Positions 13,601-26,631 of a stretch of DNA of 64,000 nt are shown piece after piece. The stretch is taken from positions 384,028,001 to 384,092,000 of the forward strand of contig OZ024740.1 in the NCBI GenBank assembly GCA_964016885.1, given 5' to 3'. The translations under genes were made by a program, and so were the position numbers. This DNA comes from Eledone cirrhosa. Taxonomy: Eukaryota. The notes beneath the pieces were generated by a model that saw only the letters and a list, made by a program, of their open reading frames with translations, searched no databases and had not been told where the DNA came from. Each line of letters begins with the position of its first letter. Position 1 is the first letter of the stretch.

Positions 13601-14050
13601 CATTATTCTTTAATAACATCAAATTTTCGTGTGCCCTTAACCGGCTTGACCTCTTTTTCATCCCCAAAGTAATCTTTTCATTCAAAGTATTCTTTCCATT
13701 CAAAACTGAAGTCTGCATTCCTCTACCCCTAAATTAAATTTCTACTACTACTATTCTATCAACTTGACCACTTACTACTTTTCTGTTGGTCCATTCAAAT
13801 CCTGTTCCCAAACATACCTATTATATTAAATCTTTGTTGTTTGTTTTCAATAAAGAAATATCATTATTCCCGAAGACAGAATGTGTAGGTATGTATATTC
13901 CCTCTGAGAGTTTGTAAATTTTTTACATAGATCTATATGATATACATACCAACACACACATATATATACTAGAAACGATCGTAGAATAATGAATTTTTTA
14001 ATATAAGGAACTGTTTCTTTGTTTTTATTCATTGTTTTTATTAATTTATA
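10620..14050 (+). mobile_element. Near full-length but decayed PLE (Nematis-like)
   Basis: Fragments [50 protein letters not shown] (11643), NFLD, SNHP, CNCRNKANCPL; T-rich 3' UTR; HHR at 13861. Confidence 0.9.
13861..13992 (+). ncRNA. Type I hammerhead, U4C core, long stem II
   Basis: TCATTATTC-CCGAAGA-..GGTATGTAT/ATACATACC..-GAAACGATCGTA-GAATAATGA (9-bp stem I). Confidence 0.75.
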
Positions 14051-14097
14051 TATACATATATATATATATACCCGCACACATATACCCGGACACATAT

Positions 14098-14162
14098 ACA
14101 TGGTGGCTGCCAACCCATTTTCGAGTACGGCCACTACTTTATATCCATGTAGGAGAACTCCT
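14098..14162. repeat. Interspersed repeat end shared with 26356-26418
   Basis: TGGCTGCCAAC..TTTTCGAGTACGGCCACTAC.TTATATCCATGTAGGAGAAC in both copies. Confidence 0.7.
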
Positions 14163-14532
14163 ACCGATGCGCTGAACGAGTGACCTTTTAGTTCAGCCAG
14201 CGACTTGAAAACTCTGGTACAAACACTACACTTGTGACACTTATTGACACATAGTGCTGGGCCCATAGTAGCATGTGACGATAAGTGCAGAGAGATCTCC
14301 AGATATAAAGCAATGCCTGTGCCGTGAAGCTTTTATAGTGAGCAAAGGCACAGCACAAAGCCAGTCCCACTCTCTTAACCAAGATGATATTTACCAAAAA
14401 GAAGAACAAGTCAACATCATTGGATACCATCAGGGTTGCAGGTGTTATATCAGAGTTTTTCTTCTCCTAGAAATCTGACTTGACAAAGGCTAAGGGGTCA
14501 TCTCTCCCGGACAAAGGCTAAGGGGTCATCTC

Positions 14533-14694
14533 TTATATATATATATATATATACATACATATATATATACATATATATACACATATATATATATACATAT
14601 ATACATATATATATACACACACATATACACACATATATACACACACATATATATATATATACATATATATATACATATATATACATATATATAC

Positions 14695-14743
<49 letters not shown>

Positions 14744-14947
14744 CATATATATATACATAATACATATATATATATATATACATATATACACATACATATA
14801 TATATACATATACATATATATATACATACATATACATATACATATATATACATATACATATATATATACACACATATATATATACATATATATATATACA
14901 TATATATATACATACATATATATATATATACATACATATATATATAC

Positions 14948-14978
<31 letters not shown>

Positions 14979-15185
14979 CATACATATATATATACATACA
15001 TATATATACATATATATATATATACACATATATATATATACATATATATATATACATACATATATACATATAAACATATATATACATACATATATATATA
15101 TATACATATATATATATACATATATATATATATACATACATATATATATACATACATATATATATATACATACATATATACATAC

Positions 15186-15216
<31 letters not shown>

Positions 15217-15285
15217 CATACATATATATATATACACACATATATATACACATACACATATATATACATATATACATATACATAT

Positions 15286-15316
<31 letters not shown>

Positions 15317-15322
15317 CATACA

Positions 15323-15354
<32 letters not shown>

Positions 15355-15587
15355 CATATATATATATACATATATATACACATATATATACATAATACAT
15401 ATATATATATACACATACACATATATATATACATATATACATATACATATACACACATATATATATATATACATACATATATATATAAATACATATATAT
15501 ACATACATACATATATATATACATATATATACACATATATATACATAATACATATATATATATATATATATACATATATATATACAT

Positions 15588-15622
<35 letters not shown>

Positions 15623-15747
15623 ACATATACATATATATACATATACATATACATAATACACATATATATACATAATACATATATATATACATAATACATA
15701 TATATATATATACATATATACACAATACATATATATATACATAATAC

Positions 15748-15782
<35 letters not shown>

Positions 15783-16097
15783 CATACATATATATATACA
15801 TACACATACATATACATATATATATATACATACATATATATATACATATATATATACATACATATATATATATATACATATATATATACATACATATATA
15901 TATACATATATATATATACATATATATATATACATATATATATACATATATATACATACATACACATATATATACATATATATATATACATACATATATA
16001 TACATATACATATATAAACATATACATATATACATATATACATATATATACATATATATATATATATATACATATATATACATATATATACATATAC

Positions 16098-16164
<67 letters not shown>

Positions 16165-16251
16165 CATATATATATACATAATACATATATATATATATAT
16201 ACATATATATATACATATATATATATGTATATATGTATATATGTATATGTG

Positions 16252-16282
<31 letters not shown>

Positions 16283-16381
16283 GTATATACATAATACATA
16301 TATATATATATACATATATACATATATACATATATATATATACATATATATATCTATATACATATATATACATATATATAC

Positions 16382-16432
<51 letters not shown>

Positions 16433-16628
16433 CATATATATATACATAATACATATATATATATATACATATATACACATACATATATATATACATATAT
16501 ATATATACATACATATACATATACATATATATACATATACATATATATATACACACATATATATATACATATATATATATACATATATATATACATACAT
16601 ATATATATATACATACATATATATATAC

Positions 16629-16659
<31 letters not shown>

Positions 16660-16883
16660 CATACATATATATTTACATACATATATATACATATATATAT
16701 ATATACACATATATATATATACATATATATATATACATACATATATACATATAAACATATATATACATACATATATATATATATACATATATATATATAC
16801 ATATATATATATATACATACATATATATATACATACATATATATATATACATACATATATACATACATATATATATACATATA

Positions 16884-16914
<31 letters not shown>

Positions 16915-17061
16915 TTACATACATACATACATATATATATACATACATATATATATATACATACATATATTTATATACACACATATATATACACATACAC
17001 ATATATATACATATATACATATACATATACACACACATATATATATATATATATACATACA

Positions 17062-17093
<32 letters not shown>

Positions 17094-17333
17094 CATATAT
17101 ATATATACATATATATACACATATATATACATAATACATATATATATATACACATACACATATATATATACATATATACATATACATATACACACATATA
17201 TATATATATATATATATACATACATATATATATAAATACATATATATACATACATACATATATATATACATATATATACACATATATATACATAATACAT
17301 ATATATATATATATACATATATATATACATAAT

Positions 17334-17367
<34 letters not shown>

Positions 17368-17492
17368 ACATATACATATATATACATATACATATACATA
17401 ATACACATATATATACATAATACATATATATATACATAATACATATATATATATATACATATATACACAATACATATATATATACATAATAC

Positions 17493-17527
<35 letters not shown>

Positions 17528-17628
17528 CATACATATATATATACATACACATACATATACATATATATATATACATACATATATATATACATATATATAT
17601 ACATACATATACATATATACATATATAT

Positions 17629-17673
<45 letters not shown>

Positions 17674-17786
17674 CATATATATATACATATATATACATAC
17701 ATACATACACATATATATACATATATATATATACATACATATATATACATATACATATATAAACATATACATATATACATATATAC

Positions 17787-17825
<39 letters not shown>

Positions 17826-17852
17826 CATATATATACATATATATACATATAC

Positions 17853-17919
<67 letters not shown>

Positions 17920-18006
17920 CATATATATATACATAATACATATATATATATATATACATATATATATACATATATATATATGTATATATGTATATATGTA
18001 TATGTG

Positions 18007-18039
<33 letters not shown>

Positions 18040-18368
18040 GTATATACATAATACATATATATATATATACATATATACATATATACATATATATATACAC
18101 ATACATATACATACATATATATATACATACATATATATATATACATATACATATACATACATATACATATACATATATATATACATACATATACATATAC
18201 ATATACATACATATACATATATATATACACACATATATATATACATATATATATATACATATATATATATACATACATATATATATACATACATATATAT
18301 ATACATATATATATATATACATATATATATATATTTACATACATATATATATACATACATATATATAC

Positions 18369-18403
<35 letters not shown>

Positions 18404-18413
18404 CATATATATA

Positions 18414-18445
<32 letters not shown>

Positions 18446-18464
18446 CATACATATATATATATAC

Positions 18465-18495
<31 letters not shown>

Positions 18496-18567
18496 CATAC
18501 ATATATATATATACATACATATATATATATACATACATATATATATACATACATATATATATATACG

Positions 18568-18599
<32 letters not shown>

Positions 18600-18640
18600 C
18601 ATACATACATACATATATATATATACATACATATATATAT
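14533..18640. repeat. 4.1-kb cryptic (TA/TACA)n satellite
   Basis: Alternating purine-pyrimidine tract; source of the spurious YI/MY-rich ORFs. Confidence 0.97.
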
Positions 18641-18778
18641 AGTATACTAGGGAAAGGATCAGGGGTGTATAACACTCCACTTATCCAGCAGGCAGTATAA
18701 GGTTAGCTCAATGTCAGAGGACAGAGCCGTAATATAATAAATAACAAAGAACGCTTATAGCATATGCATATCTTTACT

Positions 18779-18824
18779 TGCTAACATTGTTTCATCCGCA
18801 CTATAAGTGGGACTCATCAGAGCA
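18779..18824 (-). ncRNA. Type I hammerhead, canonical core
   Basis: TGCT-CTGATGA-GTCCCAC ttata GTGCGGAT-GAAAC-aat-GTT-AGCA. Confidence 0.85.
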
Positions 18825-19448
18825 TAAAGGTTAATTACATACCATACAAGCAATAACAAATCCAAGACATTGAAGAATGAAAGGTAATAATAGACGATAA
18901 AGGATATTAAGGAAGTAAAAGTAAAAATAAAAATAAGAATACTAAGCAGTGAAAAATAATGAAAAATAAGGGGTGCTATCAGTCACAGTTGGGCGGGGTG
19001 CTGTCAACATATAGTTACATACAAGCATACACATGGATAAGAGAACAGACAAGAGTAGACACATGGATAAGAGAACAGACAAGAGTAGATAAGATAGATG
19101 GGATTAGGTAAGAGTAGGTAAAAAATAGGTAAAAAATAGGTGAAAAAACAGACTTATAATATATATAAAAATAAGAAAATATAAAGAAATGCAAAGAAAT
19201 ACATAACAAACTTACATATAAAATATAAAATATACAGATAATAGTGATACAGGGTAAGGAATGAGATAAAATAAAATAATATAAAATAATATAAAATTAA
19301 AATTAAAAATTATATACATAGAACATAATATAATATAATCGTACAATAAGATAAAATAAGGTAAACTAAAATCAAATAACATAGACTAAATTAAAATAAT
19401 ATAATATAAGATATAATTAAATGTATAATTAAATGTAATTAAATGTAA

Positions 19449-19492
<44 letters not shown>

Positions 19493-20546
19493 GTAAAAAT
19501 TAAATAAATAAATAAAATTAAAATTAAAATTTTAAATTTAAAATTAAAATTTAAATTTAAATAAATAAATAAATAAATAAATGAATAAATGGAGTCAAGT
19601 AAGTAAATAAATAGAATTAGATAACATGAAATGAAATAAAATAAGATAAAATGAAATAAAGTAAGTTGAGATAAGATATATATTTTTTTAGAATATATCT
19701 CTTGAATATATCAGGGGCCCACGAAGGCACTAAGTGTCACAGTTATGTGTATCACTTGACCATTTTTTAAAAATATATTTCTTGAAAACATCAGGGGCCC
19801 ACGAAGGCACTAAGTGTCACAGTCACCAGTATCACTTGACCATTGCAAGGCAAGGGAGGCGTCCCAGGTTGGGCAGTCTCAAAAGTTCACTCGAAAGTCA
19901 TGGGTGTGCATTCACACAGCTGAGCGGTGGGGTAATCACAAACACGTTCACACCCGGGCAGGAGTCCAATGGTCAGAGAGAGGTGCATCGAAGGAGGTAG
20001 AAGAATTCACATGCATTAGCAAGCAAGGTGCAGGCGGGTTAAAGCAAGCAGACACAGTTGTAGCGCATACAAAAGATATATAAAAAGACAGAAGATATAT
20101 AAAAAATAGCTTCAAGACCCATTAAGTCACCGCATTGGGACATCACAAGATTGTACACATCAATATGTTCAGCACGTATATGCACGTATACACACCACAT
20201 GCACATGCAGAGACGGTATACATATATATATATATATTTTTTTTTATATACATACAGACACATATAACCACCTACACCCATACACATATAAATGTATACA
20301 CGGACACACACGCACACACACACAGCGTAGGACACCAGGGTCAAAGCTGATATTAAACACCGAAATACCACATTAGACCAGACCCACCACCACAGGTAAT
20401 ACATTCAAAATAAATACATACATACGATGAGATGCAGTAAAATAAAGTTAAAATCCTACGGAGATATTCATGTCCGCACGTGCAATTGACCGATTCGAGT
20501 GTGTCTTGGATTTGTTATTGCTTGTATGGTATGTAATTAACCTTTA

Positions 20547-20592
20547 TGCTCTGATGAGTCCCACTTATAGTGCGGATGAAACAATGTTAGCA
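20547..20592 (+). ncRNA. Type I hammerhead, canonical core (inverted twin of 18779-18824)
   Basis: Identical motif on the + strand. Confidence 0.85.
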
Positions 20593-20774
20593 AGTAAAAT
20601 ATGCATATGCTATAAGCGTTCTTTGTTATTTACATATATATATATACATACATATATATATATACATATATAAAGGAACGATCGACTTTTTTGTCAAATC
20701 GGACCGAGGGAACAATGTTTCCGTTGGTCTTTCCAATTGCTAATACTATCTATCGGTCGCAACTCCAGGTAGAA

Positions 20775-20890
20775 GGAGCAACGTGAAATAAAGTGTCTTG
20801 CTCAAGGACATAACGCATCGCCTGGTCCAGGAATCGAACTCACAACCTTACGATTGCGAATACAATTCTCTAACCACTCAGCCACACGCC
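20775..20890 (-). mobile_element. tRNA-derived SINE with CORE-like domain
   Basis: A box TGGCTGAGTGG, B box GTTCGATTCC, then TGTCCTTGAGCAAGACACT. Confidence 0.8.
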
Positions 20891-21199
20891 TTCATACATA
20901 TACATACCTATATATATATACATACATATATATATATACATACATATATATACACATACATACATATACATACCTATATATATATACATACATATATATA
21001 CACATACATACATATATACATATACATATATATATATATATATACATACATACATATATATACATATATATATACATACATATATATATACATATATACA
21101 TACATAGACACATACATATACATATATATATACATACATATATATACACATATATATATATACACATATATATACGTATATATATACATATATATATAC

Positions 21200-21232
<33 letters not shown>

Positions 21233-21700
21233 GCAGTTGAGCAGTTGAAGTATAAGGACGTGTTTTTACTTCTCTCCCCGAGTAAGCAGCAAGTCACACA
21301 GCCACAAAACAAAACCACAAAACAAAACCAAACAAACAAAAATTGACCGGTTAATACATTTACATACATCTATATTATTATATATTTGAAAATTGACCGG
21401 TTAATACATTTACATACATCTATATTATTATATATTTGAAACCACGTGTTTTCGAACTTGTGAGTACATTTTCCTTTAACTACAAATTATTATTATATAC
21501 TTTCGTCTTTTCATTAACTTAATTAATTTCAAATAACCAGAATATACATATATATATATATATACTCATATTTATATATATACTCTTCTCACTCACACAC
21601 AAGAAAAACAAAAAACAAAAATAAATCAAAAATAAATTTAAAAAATATATATATATATATTGAAATACTTAACTAAAATACACACACACTCAAAACTAGA

Positions 21701-22837
21701 ATGGCTAACCAGCAAAAATCCAAACAGAACTGGTCTGATAATGAAATCGACATTCTAATAAACACATGGCATTGCCTTACCCAAACAGAAGACATACATG
21801 CTTCATCTCTGAACGACATTGCTAAACGTACAGTTCAATTTTTGAAAACTCGATCTGAACAACAGATTCAAAATAAATTAAAGCAAATCGAAATTGCTTT
21901 TAAATTAATCAATAAACATTTGGATAAACTACGGTGTGTTTTTTCTTCGAATGCTGTCCAGCAGCAGCAACAACAGCAGCTACAACGGCAACAACAACAA
22001 CAGCTACAACATCAACAGCAACAACAACAACAACGACAACAACAGTGTGAACCACTCCTTGATTCATCAACAATGGCCGATCTACTAAATGAAACTATTG
22101 ACCCCCCAGTAGCCTCTGTCTCACAGCATGAAACGCCACATCCTTTCTCTGGCCCAGCAGTCCAATCATCACCACTGCCAACATCTCTGCCTACTACTAC
22201 TACTACTACTACTACATTTTTGTCTACTGCTATGTCAAGGAATTTACCTTCTAATACCAGAACAAGAACTCTCCCTCCCACAGTCCACAAAGGTCGTCAA
22301 ATCCTACCCAAACCATCATCTACACCTCTCACAACACACACACCCACATACCCACCCACTCGAAACCCCATCATTTGCCGCTACTCTCTACGCTATAGAA
22401 TATGTACGGATAGTGGCTGCAAATTCACCCATTTACCCAGGACAAAACGATCTATCCCCACAAACAGCCACCACCATAATACATACTCTAATTTAACACC
22501 AACACAACCACCAATAACTCAAACAAGGAATCCACAAATCTGCCGCTTTTCCCTGCGAGACAGATTGTGTTTAGACCGGGATTGTCCCTTTACCCATCTC
22601 CCGGGGACCCGTCGGACAAATGAAAATAAAATTAAAAATAAAAGCAAAAACAAAAACCATAACCTACATAAAAATAACCACTACCACAGTCACCAACAGT
22701 CTTCTAAACAGGAAACTTCTTCCTCTTTTTTAGCCATAATGAATCTGGCAAAAGAACTGGAAAAAAACATTCGAGCTATCACCCAGCACCACCCTCCACT
22801 ATCACCCCACTGCACAAACTCCCATTGCTGCCATTAA
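21701..22837 (+). CDS. LINE ORF1: Myb/SANT-like N-terminus, polyQ, two C-x8-C-x4-C-x3-H zinc fingers
   Basis: ATG-initiated, 378 aa; WSDNEIDILINTW..RSEQQIQNKLK; CRYSLRYRICTDSGCKFTH; CRFSLRDRLCLDRDCPFTH. Confidence 0.8.
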   Translation: MANQQKSKQNWSDNEIDILINTWHCLTQTEDIHASSLNDIAKRTVQFLKTRSEQQIQNKLKQIEIAFKLINKHLDKLRCVFSSNAVQQQQQQQLQRQQQQQLQHQQQQQQQRQQQCEPLLDSSTMADLLNETIDPPVASVSQHETPHPFSGPAVQSSPLPTSLPTTTTTTTTFLSTAMSRNLPSNTRTRTLPPTVHKGRQILPKPSSTPLTTHTPTYPPTRNPIICRYSLRYRICTDSGCKFTHLPRTKRSIPTNSHHHNTYSNLTPTQPPITQTRNPQICRFSLRDRLCLDRDCPFTHLPGTRRTNENKIKNKSKNKNHNLHKNNHYHSHQQSSKQETSSSFLAIMNLAKELEKNIRAITQHHPPLSPHCTNSHCCH

Positions 22838-25800
22838 CAAACAAACAAATTAACAACACACCAAAACAATTAAAACCATCCACTCTCGCCTCTACATTTT
22901 TGCTTAACGCCCAAGGCATCAGCCCTTCTACCAATACTCAAAAATGGAAGATCAAATTCCTGGAGGACTGGATTGATGTCCATCCAAACCACATCCCTTT
23001 CTTCGTCCTCACTGAAACCCATCTCAGTAACCTCCACTTGGAAGCCGAGGTGAAAGTGAAAAATTTCAAAGCCATCCGTGCTGATCGCGCTGGCAGAAGA
23101 AAGGGCGGAACTGCCATTTATGTCCATAATTCTTTCTCAACAGAGGCTATGAACATATTCACTAATGGATACTGTGAAGCAGTCACTGTATTCAGTCAAA
23201 CCAACAACCTATTAGTAGTTGGGCTCTATAGGCCACCCCAAACGCCTGTACCATGCTTCAAGGAATGCCTCAACAGCATAAAGTGTTTCATCCAAGAGTG
23301 TCACCCTGACAACATCTTAATGATGGGGGACTTCAACCTCCCCGGAGTTGACTGGTCCACAAACAGCCTGCCACCAGGTTCTTCTGCCTCAACCTCTGAC
23401 AGGGAAGCTGTGGAATCGCTTCTTGACTTCATGGATGATTTCTTCCTATCCCAACTGGTGCTCGAACCAACGAGGTGCCACAAAAACGTCCTAGACTTAA
23501 TTTTCAGCAATCACACTGACAATATCCACAATATTGCAGTGGAGAAAACTCTACTCTCTGATCATGACATGGTTCTCTGTGATCTGAGATTCCACCGTCC
23601 AATATACAAACCCAATGTCATCTCTCCTGTCCATCCGTTTGACGCTATGGATTTCCATAATGCAAACTGGGAAGCGATCAGTCATGATCTTGCACATGTC
23701 GACTGGTCCTTCACGCACACTCATACACCCACTAACATCAAAAAGTCCTGGCAGACATTTGTGGACACTGTTACAAACATATGTGCTAAACACACCCCAT
23801 TAAGAACTATAAACAAATCTAAGAGCAGAATCCCTAGAAATAGAAAAACGCTCATCAGAAAAATTAAGAGAACGAACAAAAAAATCAACAAGCTGAAATA
23901 CTGTCAGCAGCAACACATCAACTTGACTGCCATTTCATCACTAGAGATTAAAAAACATAACCTCCAAAACAACATAATGTCCCTCATCAACAATCAGAGA
24001 AGAGCTGAAGAGGCCTGGGCCATTGAGAAGATCAAACTCAATCCCAAAGTGTTCTTTTCATTTGCAAAAAAACACAAAATCACTGGCTCTACTGTTGGCC
24101 CTCTAATTGATGAAAATGGCACTCTTCAAGACAATGCTAAAACCATGGGTGAGATACTGCAGAAACAATACTGCTCTGTTTTCAGCAATCCTGATATGGC
24201 CGATCTGGGCTGTATCGGCGATGTTACTCCCCATTATACCTTATCGGACATAACGTTTGGCGCCCCTGATGTCTTGGCGGCAATAAAGGAAATCAAGCAT
24301 AATTCAGCAGTATGTCCCGATAGGTTCCCTGCTTGTGTCTTGAAGGCGTGTCAACACCAACTTGCATCTCCTCTTGCCAATCTGTGGCGGAACTCACTGG
24401 ATGCTGGATATGTGCCAGAAAACCTTCTATCCCAGTCTGTTGTCCCAGTTTTCAAAAAGGGAAACAAATCCCTTGCCGTGAATTACCGTCCAATCTCACT
24501 CACCTCTCATATCATTAAGGTATTTGAGAGAGTGGTGAGATCGCGAATGACCCACTTCCTTGAGAGTAACAATATGCTGAACTCCAACCAGCATGGATTC
24601 CGTAATGGAAGGGATTGCCTGACGCAGCTACTGCATCACTTTGATGACATTTTGAGAGCCTAGGGAGAGGGTTCCAACACTGATGTTATCTACCTTGATT
24701 TCAGCAAGGCCTTTGACAGGGTTGATCATAACATTCTACTGAGAAAGCTGTCCAATATTGGTGTCACTGGAAAGCTGCTGCAGTGGATCAAGAGCTTCCT
24801 GTCAAACAGAACCCAACATGTTGTAGTTGAGGGAGTCAAATCAAGCCCAGCCAAAGTCAGTAGTGGGGTCCCACAAGGCACTGTGTTGGGCCCACTTCTC
24901 TTCATCATCTATATTAATGACATCACTGACATCATCAAACACAGCAACATTAAAATTTTCGCTGATGATTCCAAGCTCCAAAAGGTCATCAATGGCGTGG
25001 ATGACCGGATAAGCCTTCAGTCAGACCTACTGGCTGTTACCCAATGGGTAGAAAAGAACAACATGTTACTGAACGAAGACAAATTCGAACTGATCCACTT
25101 TGGAAAAGAGGATGCTCTGAAACTCCCGTACTCCCTTCCCTCCGGGGAAACTCTCGTGGCATCTAACAACATCAGAGACTTGGGAGTAACCGTGGACAGC
25201 AACATAAGCTGGACCACGCATATAAGCAGCAAAGTTGACATGGCCCGCAGAATGTGTTCCTGGATCCTCAGAACCTTCCAGTCGAGAGATTCCCGCACCA
25301 TTATCCTTCTCTTCTCTACTTTTGCCCGACCACACCTTGAATACTGTTGTCCACTGTGGTCTCCCCACACGAAACAAAGTATCATGAAACTTGAAGCTCC
25401 TCAAAGGGCAATCACGAAAAAGATAGATGGCATGTCAGACCTTGACTACTGGGGTCGATTAGAAAACCTGAAACTTTACTCACTCCAACGTCGCCGTGAG
25501 CGTTATATTATCTGCATGATGTGGAAAATGTTCCATCATCACTGCCCAAATGATGTTGGCATCGCCTTCAAGATACACCCAAGGCTTGGGCCCCGTGCTA
25601 TCCGTCCCATTCAAAAATCTAAATCGCAACTCATAACAACAATACGGCACAATTATTTCACCTCAATCGGCCCTGCTCTCTTCAACATCACACCAGGACA
25701 CGTCAAAACAGAAACTGACCACACAAAATTCAAGAAGTCTTTGGACAAATTCCTCCAAGTAATCCCGGACAAACCACCCACACCCGGATATGTCTCCGCA

Positions 25801-25845
25801 AACAGTAATTCTCTTCTCGAATGGGCCATGGTGCCCAAATCCTGA
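22708..25845 (+). pseudogene. LINE ORF2 (APE endonuclease + RT) with a single in-frame TAG at 24661-24663
   Basis: LLNAQG, LTETHL, GDFN, LDL, SDH; YRPISL, QHGF, YLDFSKAFD, GVPQG, FADD, RPHLEYC, LQRRRERY. Track ORFs 22825 and 24883 share a frame. Confidence 0.92.
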
Positions 25846-25948
25846 ATTGAAAGACTTCGCCAGGTGGTGCTATTAAGTTAGACATGGCCTGGGCCAATAC
25901 TGGCCAAAACATTTCAAAGTTATTCAAAGTTATTCAAAGTTATATACA

Positions 25949-25985
<37 letters not shown>

Positions 25986-25986
<1 letters not shown>

Positions 25987-26181
25987 AGATCAGAGCAAAC
26001 AGCACGGACACTCTATCTCAAAATTATTTTTGAAAAGCATTTAGAAATGCGCAACCGGTAAAAACTTTAAAACTTAAAACCACAACTGAATACTGACCCA
26101 TACAATCACTAATACCCTTTTATTCCTAATTAAACCATGTTTCAACTGTGAACAATTTGTCAGTATTTTCTATTCGGTTTA

Positions 26182-26185
<4 letters not shown>
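25986..26185 (+). mobile_element. pLTR fragment with degenerate minimal HHR (UUGAAAA..GCAACCGGUA, 26027-26064); minus-strand relative at 42329-42650
   Basis: TTT-TTGAAAA-GCATTT ag AAATGC-GCAACCGGTA-AAA; ends TTTACCAATATATA. Confidence 0.6.
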
Positions 26186-26271
<86 letters not shown>

Positions 26272-26448
26272 CAGATATATACATACATATATATATACAT
26301 ACACATATATATACATACATATATATATACATATATATACACATACATATATATATGATGGCTGCCAACACGTTTTCGAGTACGGCCACTACCTTATATC
26401 CATGTAGGAGAACCCTCACATACATACATACATACATACATACATACT

Positions 26449-26486
<38 letters not shown>

Positions 26487-26568
26487 AAAGAAATACATGC
26501 AAATTTATTTTCAATTCTATGCATATATACATACATATGCACACACATATACACACACATATATATAT

Positions 26569-26628
<60 letters not shown>

Positions 26629-26631
<3 letters not shown>

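Larger units (their letters stand above)
18641..20631. mobile_element. Non-coding PLE remnant bounded by inverted HHR-containing pLTRs (18739-18869 and 20502-20631)
   Basis: ~130-bp near-perfect inverted repeat; tail 18641-18738; internal duplication 19690-19762 / 19772-19842. Confidence 0.8.
21233..25942 (+). mobile_element. Near-intact full-length CR1-group LINE
   Basis: 5' UTR with 50-bp tandem duplication (21340-21439), ORF1, APE+RT ORF2, 3' tail (TTCAAAGTTA)3; inserted in (TA/TACA)n. Confidence 0.92.

Noticed and set aside
14200-14532. LINE RT remnant
   Set aside because: Too weak to assign; only a 24-bp direct repeat (GACAAAGGCTAAGGGGTCATCTCT) is certain.
14498-18700. Very long ORFs (up to 800 aa) rich in Y/I/M/C/V, and similar ORFs at 7886-8435, 9884-10383, 40259-41948, 50372-50812 and 55618-55974
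   Set aside because: Stop-free translations of microsatellites.
20820-20890. tRNA gene (also 45080-45157 and 53765-53860)
   Set aside because: A and B boxes are present but I see no complete cloverleaf, and SINE body domains follow.
24661-24663. Programmed readthrough or selenocysteine in ORF2
   Set aside because: The codon is TAG, not TGA, in the middle of the RT; a point mutation is simpler.
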